64,000 bases of DNA from Vermamoeba vermiformis (Eukaryota), in the NCBI GenBank assembly GCA_045837725.1, contig JBEWZL010000243.1:62001-126000 (forward strand), given 5' to 3'. The notes beneath the pieces are model-generated. The model searched no databases. It saw only the letters and a program-made list of their open reading frames with translations, and was not told the origin of the DNA. The first letter of the stretch is position 1; each line of letters starts with the position of its first letter. Made by a program: the position numbers and the translations under genes. Positions 1-13,163 of the stretch are shown piece after piece.

Positions 1-896
1 TCAAGTTCTACGACTTGCGCACGGGAAAATCAATTAAAGTTTTGAAAACTTCGCGATCAGGAGTACGTTCATGAATGAAAATAGACCTAAAATAGAGCTA
101 CAAGGAGCTAATTACGTCATTAATAGAATACGCGCTGCACGTGGAGCAAAGACGGCAAATTATTTTTGTTCGTGTCAACTTCAGGTCACGTGATCGCGAC
201 ACCGTTCAATCCAAACAACACAGAGCCCGTGCCTTCAATGTCGTATTCAGCCACTGCTTCACCGATCTATGCCGTGGAGACTGACCCTAGTTCAAAGTAC
301 GTAACGCTTGCTGCCGTCTTACTGCTGAAAATTAACTTATTTACTTCAGATATTTTGCTTTGGGCTGCGGAGATTCATTAGCGAGCTTGTGGGAGATGCG
401 TGAAATGACTTGTTTGAGGACATTTGGCACCGGAGAGTACGTACTAGACACGATAAGTTTTAAGAAAAAAACGCTATCATATCAGACCTTGGCAATATGG
501 AAGCCAATGATATTCTTCGTGTTACTGACCTGCTTTGCAGCACTGAAGTTCGATGCACGAGTTTCAGCGGTGACGGACAAGTACTGGCTGTAGGATATGA
601 AGACGGTTTGATTGAATTGGTACGTCCCTAATATTATGAGCGCGTCCTGAAGTTAATGAAATTAACCATCGATGAATTTTTTTAGCACCACGTTGAGAGC
701 GGTGAAAAATTACACGAGTTTAAGAGTGACGTTGATTTGTGCGACTTGGCGTGGCACCCGAAGAACTTGCAATTAGCTTTTATTGGTGAGGACCGCGAGG
801 GACGACGAGACGTAAGCACTTAGTTCATTAGTATATCTATATTCATACCGTTGTTAATCTTTGGTATTCTAGGGCACACTGAGAATTTGGAGCTAA
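1..896 (+). CDS. THOC3: WD40-repeat THO complex subunit 3 (Tex1) homolog, 3' part (5' end outside window), multi-exon
   Basis: Spliced translation gives YAVETDPSSKY|FALGCGDSLASLWEMREMTCLRTF, VRCTSFSGDGQVLAVGYEDGLIEL, HVESGEKLHEFKSDVDLCDLAWHPKNLQLAF and GTLRIWS*. This matches the C-terminal WD40 repeats of THOC3 as recalled. Confidence 0.75.
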
Positions 897-1046
897 GATG
901 TAAAGTAGCAGATAAACAGTGATTTAATTAGATAAGTTTGCATCAGCGATGATGTACACGTTGTGAAATTTTACCAATTATGATATGGGCTTAGCCGGTC
1001 GTGAACACTGTGTGCCTTTTCACTGAAGATTTTGGGGTGACAAGTT

Positions 1047-4000
1047 TCAATCCTTCTCTTCTTTTTCGACGTCCATTTGATCGTCACCATTTTCATCCTC
1101 GTCATTGTTATTGTTGGATTTCTTCTTTGTACTTTTCTTCGGTGCTTTTTTCTTCGGTGCGGGCTTCTTTTTCTTAGTGCCATTCGCATTAGTTGGGTCA
1201 TTTGTAGTATTGTCATTTTCTGCTCCGTTTTCAGCATTGTCTTCTTTACGCTCATTCGTGTTGTTTTGGATCTCAAGCGATTGTTTCAGATCCGCTGCTG
1301 ATATTCCTGAGAAGCTGCTCGACTTGCCTAATTTGGCAATTCTGTTGGTACTCGCTCGCACTTCGTTCTCGTCACGAGGTTTCCACGTTTCAGGATTGTA
1401 CTCGATCAGTCCATCCAATGGCATGTTGTTTCTCTTCAAATAGTTTGCGTGTTCGAATGTGTCTTTGAAAAGAATTCGCACCACTGTGATTTGTTTTGTT
1501 TGACCTTGACGGTATGCACGACCAATCGCTTGAGTCTCGAAGCTTTCTTGGTTATGTGCAGGAGGATCTAAGAGGGACTAGCGTTAGTTTGAATTTTAAG
1601 ATCGTAGTGTCCTGATTGACTATTTTCGTAGAAAAATTATCGTTGCATTGGCTTTTGTGGACTGTTGTCTGAAACGTACCTAATAACAATACGTGCGTCG
1701 CTTCAATCATGTTCGTGCCTGCTGAGTTTTCTTGACTGTCCATCATGATCACTTTGAACGCTGCCATTTCTTTCTTGAAGTCTTCGATGGCTTGGACTTT
1801 GGTATTGGCGTTGCTAAACAATAAAATCAGTACTTGTTGGTGAAAAATTTTGATTGACTTGTTTTACCCGCGAACTGAAGTCGTCATGATGCCGTACTCG
1901 TTCAGTAACATTTCCAAGTACAAGTAGCGCGTCTTAGAAAGAAAGAGTTAAGTAAGGACCAGTAAAGATGTAGATTTAGATCGCATTTTTACCATTGAAA
2001 AGATAATAACACGACTGTTGGGCTTCTCTTTGAACAGTTTCTTGAGATAAGCGAGCATTCCAGCAACTTTGGAGCCGTAGCGCTGTTGAAGGGAAACGAA
2101 TTCTTTTTCTTCGCCCGTTTTGGCCTAAGTAAGTGGCGTTAATTAGCAGAAATATGCATATTTATAAAGCTACTGGCGACTTACTCGAACAACTTTTTCA
2201 GGCAAGGTTTGGATCTGCGATAAAAAAAGCGTTAATTCTTGGAATTTCCGCAAGATATAATACCACGTAATGTACTGCACCTCTTGTTCAAGAATTTCAA
2301 TGCCGTTTCGCATAGTATTGACGATTTTTCGATTGAATTCAGCCCTGACGTTCAAGTATTCGAGATGACTTTCAAGCGCTTTCTTTCTAGATGCGTTTTG
2401 TTCCAATGCGTGTTCCTGGCGGGCTACACGCAACTGTTCGTCAGCTGCATTGGCTCGCAGGGTCTGTTGGGTAATACGTTCCTGTACGTAAAACAAAGGT
2501 TAGGTACGGCGTTACGTTGAGTTCCGGATGTACCTTCAGATTTGCCAGCTTAATTGTTGCTACCGATTTTAATCCTTTATGATAGGTGAAAGTGACGCAG
2601 GCGTGATAGGGATCGCGTGTTGTCTCGTAGCTTTCATTGAAGTAAATTGCTCGTTCAATAGGCGAAAGTTCAACGTAATGAACGTCATCCACTGTTTCGG
2701 GAACGGTGATTTCGTCTTTCACTGAATCTTTGGTGTTGCGCCACAAGTAGTCTCGGTAGATTAGCTCTGCTCTATAGTACCTACAAAAAAATTAGTAAGA
2801 TTAGATAATTTCGAAGAATTTTCGGTTAACGTACCCGATTGTGTTTTTGAGCGGTGGTAGGCATAAGAAGTGAAAGAGGTTTCCTGATCCAAAAGGAGTT
2901 GCAGAAACAAACCATTTGCTGCGACCCCACACATTCTTCGACAGATCGATGACAGCGTAGCGATGCAAACAGAACTCTTTGCTTGACTGGTGACCTTCGT
3001 CAAACACCACGCGGTGAAAGAAGAAGTGTTCGATGATTGGGGCCTTCACTTCACTGAAATTTTGATTTGTACGTAATTCTTCAAGCGCTTGTTTGACGTT
3101 ATTGTTCCGTTCTACTTCCGTGAGAGTGCCTTTAGTTCTTCGACTGGGCAAGCAGACGTATTTGAGCGACGCAAACAGCTCATAGACGCACACAATCACG
3201 TCGTATTGCGATCGAAAGTCTTCGTACGTGCATTTCTTCAAGTCTTCGTAATTAGCTACGAGAAGTACGCTCAAATTCGTGGCGCGTGTAATTTCATCGT
3301 GCCATTGCTTTGATATGTGCTCAGGACACATAATTAGCGTTGACTTTGAGGCTATCAGCACCGGATGTGGTTCGAGCTCGGACTTCGGAGGTGCCGCCAA
3401 AACGAGGCCCAGCACTATTGAACGTATTATAAATAAATACATAGCAAGAAATAGCCACCGGATTACCTTCAAACGTCTTGCCAAGTCCAACATCGTCAGC
3501 CAATATTCCACCACGGATTTGTTCTTTGTGAAGGTGTTGATGAAGATTGCGTGGATGAACAATTTTTTGATTGATAGGATCGAAATATACTGCTGAGCCT
3601 TTCCAACGAATGGCAGAGGTGTAGATTACATCTAAACTGAACGGTTAAAGGTCTCCGGATCGGAATGGATCTTGTTTCGTACCTTGCCCAATTTGATCTT
3701 CAACTGACTTCATCCACGTGATTGCATCGAGTTGATATTTGTAAATATTAATGTCCTCTTTGAATCCGTCTGGTTGTCTTTGCGGTACGGTAGATTTCTG
3801 ATAGCCAAAGTGGGTTGGTTTTTTTACATTGTTTTTGCATGCAATGTACTTACCAATGGCCTATTCACGAATGTTGGTTGTCCGGTGGAAGCTGTCACCG
3901 ATGATTCATTCCACTCTGTGCTAATCTGCCGCAATAAAGTATCGGCGTTCGGAATGGTTTTGCAATTTTGTTCTAACACCATAGAATTCAAACTAGAAAT

Positions 4001-4862
4001 CGATTAATTACTAATTATTTTAATAATAAGACTTTCTGCAAATATGTCCATGATAGTTAATTAAAGGGGTCACTCACACTTTGAGATTGATGTGCAATTT
4101 GACTCTCCAAGTTCGCAGTCCATCAATGACCTCCCTTCGCCTTATAATGTTATTGCGCTGCTCAATCGTATACTTCCATAATAATGCATTGTTTCTCTTG
4201 TTGAAATCGAAATCTGTCTCGTAAGGGAAAGCGGCAATGGCTACAAGAGTATCTTGATCATCGTACATGTACTGCAATTAGTTAGTATATTATATAAATG
4301 GTATAATTATAGACTAAATAAAGTGCGCTCAATTCACGTAAAAGTTCAAATAAACTGAAGTTCAATAAATTGACGGTCATAAGATTCGATTATCGTAGGA
4401 GGTTATTATTCGATAACACCAAATATATTTTTGAATATGCGTGCTTACTGCCATAAGGGACCCTTCCTTCTTTGACTGGATCCTGACGGGTGTTCCTGAG
4501 TGAACCGGATCTGATTGCCACAATTTCAGCTCTTCAATTTGTTCTTCTAAATCCAAATGCGCATAATCTTTGAGTCTTTTGTTGCGTTGGAAGTGATACG
4601 CGGCTGGAAATTCAACGGCAGTAAGTTCTGTTACAAACGTCCAATGGAACTCATCGCGTTGGCCGACTCGATACCATTGACGACAAGTCATCGTACATTG
4701 CACGATATCTGAACGTTCGAGTTGACGCAGGAGTTGGAGAACGAGCTCATCTGGAAGTTGATTTTCTTCTCTTGAGTCGTATTTAAGGTCCAATTTCATT
4801 TTCTTTGGTGCCTTTTCATCAACAGAAGGCGTTTCGATTTTTCTTTTGGTTCCTCGAGGCAT
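1047..4862 (-). CDS. F-box + SNF2-family (Rad5/16-like) helicase, tandem copy 1, multi-exon
   Basis: N-terminal F-box LPDELVLQLLRQLERSDIVQCTMTCRQW; Q motif LxKYQLDAITWMKSVE; Walker A GGILADDVGLGKT; TLIMCPEHISKQW; Walker B RVVFDEGH; motif III WFVSATP; YGSKV; GTNMIEATHVLL; motif VI QAIGRAYRQGQ. Confidence 0.88.
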
Positions 4863-5020
4863 CGTTGATTAATGAGGAACGTTGCAAGTTGTGTGTCAAC
4901 GGATCTGAACTCTCTACTATAAATTAGTTAAAAATGCTGTTAAAATAATATTTTAAAAAAGAGGAAGGATTATTTGCGTCAATTTATTGACTGATCGAGT
5001 CAAATCCGAAGTCAGAAAAA
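4862..5020. repeat. Duplicated 5' flank shared with 9015-9170 (part of the ~4.2 kb tandem duplication unit)
   Basis: Near-identical blocks atcgttgattaatgaggaacgttgcaagtt, tgctgttaaaataatattttaaaa and ttatttgcgtcaatttattgactgatcgagtcaaatccgaagtca lie upstream of both SNF2 copies. Confidence 0.8.
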
Positions 5021-5322
5021 AATAAGACACTGATCTGCAGTGGACTAAATTTCACAATACCTGAGTCGTGGTTAAGAGGCTTGTTACGTAGTGCAAAGAT
5101 AAATTGCCGTTCTTATATTAAAATATCCGGCTTTTTTCTGTTGTGCCCACACAGTTTCGGGCACCCGAAAGTCAGTTTTCCGCATTTAAATGTTAGCAGA
5201 AAAAAAAGTCGGGTTTAATAGAATTAATTGAGAATCGACCCTTTATTTAGATATTTATTGCCTAATCTCAATAAATTAATAAACGTTAAATCCATTTGTT
5301 AAACGGATCCTATCGGTTGTTT

Positions 5323-8300
5323 TTAGTTTTTCGTCTTTCGAGTAACTCGCTTTGCTCCTTTCCGCGAGGCTAATTTGACTGGCTCTTCATTTTCCTTCTT
5401 ATTGTCAACGTCATCACCGTTTAGATTAGCGCTGCCATCATTTTCCGCTCCGTTTTCAGCATTATCTTCTTTGCGTTCATTCGTGTTGTTTTGTATCTCG
5501 AGTGATTGTTTCAGATCCGCTGCTGATATTCCTGAGAAGCTGCTCGACTTGCCTAATTTGGCAATTCTGCTCGGAGTTGTGTCCCTAACTTCGTTGTGAT
5601 GAGGTTTCCACGTCTCAGGATTGTACTCGATCAGTCCATCCAATGGCATGTTGTTTCTCTTCAAGTAGTTTGCGTGTTCGAAGGTGTCTTTGAAAAGAAT
5701 TCGCACCACTGTGATTTGTTTTGTTTGACCTTGACGGTATGCACGACCAATGGCTTGAGTCTCGAAACTTTCTTGGTTACGTGCAGGAGGATCTAAGAGG
5801 GACTAGCGTAGCATGAATTTTAGGATCGTATTGTGGTGTTAGTAAGGGTGTAGCAATAAGATACGCATGATGGTTAAACGAGTGATTTCACTTCGTTTTG
5901 CTACGATTGCCAAATTAGGAAATCCACGTCGAATGATTTGAGATAAAAAATTCAATGGAAGCATACCTAGTAACAATACATGCGTCGCTTCAATCATGTT
6001 CGTGCCTGTTGAGTTTTCTTGACTGTTCATCATGATCACTTTGAACGGCGCCATTTCTTTCTTGAAGTCTTCGATGGCTTGGATTTTGGTATGAACATCA
6101 CTAAACAATAAAATTGCATTAGTTGAGGGTTGGTTTCATTAATGAGTGTACAATCATACCCGCGAACAGAAGTCGTCATAATGTCGTGCTCATTCAATAA
6201 CGTCTCCAGGTACTTATAGCGATTCTGAATCCAATAATAATGTTAATATGAGAACTAACGTTTGAAGTATTTACCAATGAGAATATAATAACACGACTGT
6301 TGGGCTTCTCTTTGAACAGTTTCTTGAGATAAGCGAGCATTCCAGCAACTTTGGAGCCGTAGCGCTGTTGAATTCTAATGAATTCTTTTTCTTCGCCCGT
6401 TTTGGCCTAAGTAACCATATTAGCAAATATTAATCACACTAGCAGATATTAACGTACTTGAGCGAGTTTTTCGGGCAAGGTCTGGATCTTCAATACAAAA
6501 TCATTATTAGGAGGTTTCGAAAAAAAAGGCACGTGGTTTACCTCTTGTTCGAGAATTTCAACGACATTTTGTCGAGTATTAGCAATTCTGCGGGCATTAT
6601 CTGCCTTCTCAAGCAATCTCTCCATCTGAAGCTCAAGCGCTTTCTTTTTTGACTTGCTTTGTTCCGCATTGAGCGCCTGACGAGCTGCATGCACTGCTTG
6701 TGCAGCATCAACATTGCTTGCTTTGAAATATTCAATGTTATTCTGCAAATAAGGGATTACTAACGTCTTGAAACCAAACGTTTACGTACCCGCAGTCGCT
6801 GAAGTTGTGCTTTTGCGACCGATTTTAATCCAGTTTCATAAGTAGATGTGCAACAACATATGTAGTAAGATGAATAGCCACTAAAGTAGAGTGCTCGTTC
6901 AATAGGCGAAAGTTCAACATAATGAACGTCATCCACTGTTTCAGGAACGGTGATTTCGTCTTTCACTGAATCTTTTGTGTTGCGCCACAAGTAGTCTCGG
7001 TAGATTAGTTCGCGTTGATAGTCCCTACAAAAAAATTAGTTTCATTACGGAGTTTCGAATGCAAATGAGCGTACTTGGCCTCTTTAGTTGGCGTTTGTAG
7101 GCATAAAAAGTGATGAAATATGTTCTTCTCTGCCTTGGAGTTGTGGTCTTCAATAGGAGTTGCAGAAACGAACCATTTGCTGCGACCCCACACATTCTTC
7201 GACAGATATACTTCTTCGTTTTTCAATCGGAGTGGTACGTTTGACTGGTGACCTTCATCAAACACCACGCGATGAAAGAAGAAGTGTTCGATGATCGGAG
7301 ATGTCTCGGCACTGAAATTCTGATTTTGATTTGTACGTAACTTTTCAAGCGCTTGTTTGACGCTAGCATTTCGTTCTTTTTCTGTTAGGTTGGGATGTGC
7401 TCTATTTCTGGGCAAGGATGCATACTTAATCGACGAGAATATTTCGTAGACGCACACAATCACGTCGTATTGTGATCGAAAGTCTTCGTACGTGCGTTGC
7501 AACAAAGTATCAACGTCACTCACTAGCAGCACACTTAAGTTTGTTGCACGTGTAATTTCATCGTGCCATTGCTTTGATATGTGCTCAGGACACATAATTA
7601 GCGTTGACTTTGAGGCGATCAGAACTGGATGTGGTTCGATCTCGGACTTCGGAGGCACTGCGAGCACAAGACCAAGTACTACAAGAATTCAGTTAGTACA
7701 TTATATGTCAAAGTAGGTCTATACCTTCAAACGTCTTGCCAAGTCCAACATCATCAGCCAATATTCCACCACGGATTCGTTCTTTGTGAAGGTGTTGATG
7801 AAGATTGCGTGGATGAACGATTTTTTGATTGATAGGATCGAAATATACTGCTGAACCTTTCCAACGAATAGCAGAGGAATAGATTACATCTAAATTGACT
7901 GTTAGGTAAAGGTCGTTCCCTCGGATCCGATCCGATCTGATTTCATACCTTGACCAATTTGATCTTCGACTGATTTCATCCACGTAATTGCATCGAGTTG
8001 ATATTTGTAAAGATTGATGTCTTCTTTGAATCCGTCTGGTTGTCGTTGCGGTACAGTAGATTTCTAATTAAAGATAATGACGTTAGCCAAACAGATGACT
8101 GTTTGTACGGAAAAATGGTAAATACCAATGGCCTATTTGTAAAAGTAGCTAAGCCCTTCATTCTAATGTATTCTTGTGCAGACGATTCGCTCCAATCTAT
8201 CAAAAGTTTGAGTAGCAAATTACTCTCGTTCGGAATGACTGTAAAATTTTGGTCTAACACCATCCAATCTAATCTATCAACAAAAATTATTAATAACGTC

Positions 8301-9015
8301 GATACGGCATAGGCCATAGTCTAACTTACACTTTGAGATTGAGATATAACTTCACGCTCCAACATCGTCGCTCTGCAGGCTGTTTTTTATCTTCATCGCT
8401 GACGTTGCACTGCTCAATAGTGTATTTCCACAGGTGTTCGTTGTTTTTGTCGTTGAAATCAAATTGCTCATAAAATTCATATTTGGCGATGGCCACGAGG
8501 TTGTCATTAGCGTCAAACATGGACTAAAATATCATAATTAATTTAAACACTGACGCAGTAGGTAAAATAGTAGGATAGAATATTATTAGAATATTTACCA
8601 GGGTAATGCCAAGGGGTTCCTTCTTTGACTGGATCCGGACGGGTGTTCCTGAATGAACTGGATCTGATTGCCACCGCTCTAACTCTTCGATTTTTTGGTC
8701 TAAAGTTAAACGTAGGTTTTTTGGTGGTTTTTTGACGCGTTGAATATAATAGGCCTTTGGCTTCTCCCGAAGTTGGAGTTCTGCTATGAAAGTCCAATGG
8801 AACTCATCACGTTGGCCTACTCGATACCATTGACGACAAGTCATCGTATATTGCACGATATCTGAACGTTCGAGTTGGCGCAGGACTTGGAGAACGAGCT
8901 CATCTGGAAGTTGATTTTCTTCTCTCGAGTCGTATTTAAGGTCCAATTTCATTTTCTTTGGTGCCTTTTCATCAGCGGAAGGTGTTTCGATTTTTCTTTT
9001 GGTTCCTCGAGGCAT
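5323..9015 (-). CDS. F-box + SNF2-family helicase, tandem copy 2, multi-exon
   Basis: Same motifs and exon layout as copy 1 (MPRGTKRKIETPS start, F-box, LADDVGLGKT, DEGH, SATP, QAIGRAYRQGQ). Confidence 0.88.
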
Positions 9016-9887
9016 CGTTGATTAATGAGGAACGTTGCAAGTTCTGTGTCAACGGGATCTGAGCTCTTTGCCAAAATCGAATTAATATGCTGTTAAAATA
9101 ATATTTTAAAAATAAAGAGGTATTATTTGCGTCAATTTATTGACTGATCGAGTCAAATCCGAAGTCAAAAAAGAAACAAAATCTGTGTGTCAAGAAGAAA
9201 AGTGGGTAATCCACTGTACCTTTTTCAGGTGTGGTTATGTGGCTCTTGTAGCACTAACTAGGCTCATTTTGGATTGGGACCGGCGCCTGCCAATTTTTAA
9301 CAAATTAAAGTTGAGAAAAATTCGCTCATTTACGCAATATTGACTAATAATACCACCATACTATGGCATTATTTATTTTCTCGAGAGGCCAACCGTCGAA
9401 TTGCGATTAACGTGCAAGCCTGTGTCCACAAGCGGATGGTGCACGAACTCACCTTTAAAATAAAATAACAAAATAATTTATCTGATAACACGTTAAAAAT
9501 GTGCACTAAGGAGAAGGCAAAAGACGTAGAGAACAATGCACGAAAAAAAAACGGGCAGATACCTCGGCGATCGAGCTACGGCCAGGAAAAAATCAAGGTG
9601 GGGGCTGTGAACTGTAAATTGTTTTAATTATAGCCTAAATCTATTTGATTTTTAGGTGGCTTTTCAACAAGATTCCAATTTGTTTTCCTTCGCATCTGTT
9701 TAGGAACGGTGGGACGTGGCAGTTTATCTTGTTGTATTCTCAGACCTTCCTGTGATCCTTTAGATGCCTAAGTATAAATATATGCGCATTTGTGACAATC
9801 ATTTCAATTCAAAACAAGCATCTTAGCGTACTACAACAAATTCGAACCCAAATCCACAACAAATTTTATCTTAACGTCAATCTCATC

Positions 9888-11252
9888 ATGGATAATAATA
9901 ATAACGAAGTAAATAATATTACCACTCAAATCAAGTCATTATCAATGGAGAATTTGCCCGAACAAGTTGTCTCAGAAGTATTTCAATATCTTGACACTCA
10001 AGGTACGCACGAATAATACACTGTTAAGATTATTAATTGATTTATGGCAATTATTAACTTCTTTTGGCGTGCAGATCTGAATAAAATGGCCCAAGCTAGT
10101 CATGACTGGAAATCGATGACAGAAAATGATACGTTGCTCCGTCATATTAATTGCATCAGAATTGACGGTAAAAATATTGAAGCCAATCATAACGTGACAC
10201 GTGGCATCAAATACTGCGATAAGTAAGTTCGAGCGATCTGGATTTGGTCCGGTGGTAGTTAAAGTCTTTTTTCTAGGTTGATCCTTAATAAGTGCACTAT
10301 CAGCAGCAAAAAGTTCAGAAATATTTTGAAAGAAGTTGGCGGGAAAATGAAGTCTATTCAAATTATCGACAGTTATTTCACCGATAATAATTTCAACAGA
10401 ATTTTTCAGTACAGTAAGTACTCGATGATAATATAATTATACAGATTATTAACTATGCTAGTAGTCGCTGAACATTGTCCTATGATCGAATCTATCGAAA
10501 TCATTTCTACTAGCTCTGAAAAGTTCGATCTGTACAAAGAAGCAGATCTGGAACCGTTGCTCGATTGTCCCAATTTGCATACGATCAAAATCGATGGTTT
10601 GCAACATAGAGACTTCAAAATCATTAAGAAACTCTTAAAGAAAGTTTGGAAGTTCGAATACACGTTCGCTGGATCTGAGCACTTGAACCAATACGACTAT
10701 TTACGGATCACGTACTGCCCGACCCGAAACGCTATCTACTATTGCGATTATGAGAGTACCAATTTTCAATGGAGAAATTATCAAATATTTCCAGAACCGA
10801 AAGACGACGGCAGTGGTAGAGAACCGTAAGCAGATCGGTCGATCTGACCAAATCCATTTTTTTCAACCGGCTAATAATTCTTATAATCACAGAGGGCTCG
10901 TCAATTTTTATCCTGAAAATAAGTTCTATAATTTTCAAGGCTCGTTCAAGGCTAACACGTACGAAGTCATCGATATTAATGAATACGAGAAGACGATCAC
11001 TATTATGGATGACAACGGTATTACCGAAGAAATGAAGCCCACGCCTGAATTCTTCCAAGAAATTCTCGAAGAAATGAAAGAAAACGGCGAATGCTTCATT
11101 TCGTTGATTCACATCCACCAGAAGAACAAAGTAGCACCGTAAGTCACGAGAAATAATACTCATTCGGTATATTAATAGGTCTTTATAGGTACGATGAAAT
11201 TAATGGTACCATCGAGAATGGTATTATGAATCGTCCTCCTTACTGGAACTAG
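9888..11252 (+). CDS. F-box/LRR protein with C-terminal eIF5A-like OB-fold region, 6 exons
   Basis: F-box LPEQVVSEVFQYLDTQ|DLNKMAQASHDWKSM; LRR-like VAEHCPMIESIEI and LDCPNLHTIKI. GT-AG introns join ORFs 10455-10829 and 10750-11142. Ends MNRPPYWN*. Confidence 0.7.
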
Positions 11253-11500
11253 CGATCTGATCCGGATCAGATCACCTTAGATAGGTTTAGTTTTACACCT
11301 TTATTTAAAATAACCCACCATGTACATAGAATCATATTCACTATATAAAGATAACCAGATTTAGTTATAAGTTGGGCTTTCTGTTTCAAGGAGCGACTTG
11401 TGAAAACGAAGCAAATGAAATTTATTAGGCAAGAAGAGTAGAAACAAGAAAAAAAAATTAAGTAGTTTTAGTCCCAAAGTCTCCACTCTTATTAATAGTC

Positions 11501-12668
11501 TTATTGCAACAGGCCGCTCTCCTTGAGTTGCTTATAGCGCTCTTCAAGAGTGAGGTACTGCTTGCCAGTCAACTTCGTGTAGTCATCGCTGACTCGCGCC
11601 ATCATGCCCGAGCGAACAATCTCGTACAATTGCAGCGCTGCTTTGGCGAGGTCAGGAGGCATAACGGTAAGCAAGACTTTCTCCATTTCTTCAGTCGAGG
11701 GATTAACGAACTGGATCGGTCTTTGCAAAACTTCGGTCAGAGTTTTGGCAATCTCTGCGCCGCTCACGGCTCTTGGACCAGTAATTGCGTAAGATTTGCC
11801 CACGTGATCTTTCGGATTCAATAATACTGTTGCTGCAGCCTCACCGATGTCTTCGACCGAGACTTGGGTGTACACGCTGTCGCCAATTGGTTCGACGTAA
11901 ACACCTCCCTTGATCTCTTCCGCGTGGTACGTAACGACATTTTCCTGGAAAGTTCAATCGTTAAATTCTTCATTTCCTTTTATGTAAGTTTCGAGATCAC
12001 TTGATACTGACGGAAAAACGATATAACGCTATTTATAGTATTTCCAAGTGTTACTTACTTGGAACCAGCCCATTTGGATAAACGTCGTTGGAATGTTGTT
12101 GGAACGGATCTTGTTCTCGACCAAGCGGAACTCTGATGGCATGATGTACTGATGGTTTGGATCCATAGTGGTGCTATCGATGGTTCCAAACACAATCTGC
12201 TTCACGGCAGACTGTTTGACTTGATCGATGAAATCTGCAATCAGATGCGGCATGTTTACCGCTGGACCGTCCTTGGAGGGATTGGGAATTGTGACCCAAA
12301 GGTAGTCTACACCCTATAATAACAATGGTCGTTATTATATCATTGAATGTAAGTCAGTTATGAAGGTTTTCACTTTGTGCTTCCGGAAGCACATCCGAAG
12401 AGTAATTTTCTCAATTATTTACCAGTGGTCATATTTACGGAATCTATATAGGACTCACCTTAAGCGCATGTTCTACGCATTTCTTATCGCTGAAGTCGAA
12501 TTTGACGAACTCTGCGCCGTTCAGTATCAGATCCTGAATTTTGCTGTCAGATCTGGCTCCAACGAGAACGCGGTATTTGGACTTGTCGGCAAGGGCGAGC
12601 AAATGACGAGCGGTAGCATTGCTGGAGGTACCTGCCGCGGCAGTAATTAGAATGGTTGTCTTGTTCAT
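11501..12668 (-). CDS. NmrA-like / atypical SDR NAD(P)-binding protein, tandem copy 1
   Basis: TILITAAAGTSSNATARHL Rossmann start, VSVEDIGEAAATVLLNPKDHVGKSYAITGP, VSDDYTKLTGK. Confidence 0.85.
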
Positions 12669-13163
12669 TCCGGATTCGGTTCGTTTGTTGTTCTTGTCGT
12701 AAATTGGTATGTACAATGACGCAGATTCGATTTTATACTTTTCTTCTTTCACGGGAAATTTACTGTCGCACGAAAATTGGTAATTTTCAGTATCCTTCCA
12801 GTCCTTCCAGTTAATTCCGAAGCAATGCTAGAAAATCTTAAGTTTTGAAAATCATTGTGCTGGAAGGTCAGCGTCACAGCTTACTATTAGCATAAAGCAC
12901 CTGTAATGGTTACAATTAAAAGCGGTTGCTATTAACCAAATTTCATGACAGCCAGATCTCTTTCGAGATGAGCTATTGCTACCTTGGTACTCGTGTTCCA
13001 ATAATGTCCATCGTACGTATTTCGTCCAATAGGCATGCATACTTGCTTTTTTACAATACGCATTTAAAAAAGACAAGATTATCGTTAATCGTAAGTGTAT
13101 TCGATCCGAAAACTTGTTACAAATCATTAATACGAATATCAATATTAATCCTTTATTTATATT

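Noticed and set aside
971-1443. Several overlapping ORFs on both strands (also 33708-34375 and 59394-59750)
   Set aside because: Shadow frames of low-complexity Lys/Glu/Asn-rich coding regions.
5155-5170. Small palindrome TTTCGGG-CA-CCCGAAA
   Set aside because: Isolated 7-bp inverted repeat with no supporting context.
10750-10829. Overlap of ORFs 10455-10829 and 10750-11142 suggesting a programmed frameshift
   Set aside because: A normal GTAAG...ACAG intron (about 10826-10892) joins them.
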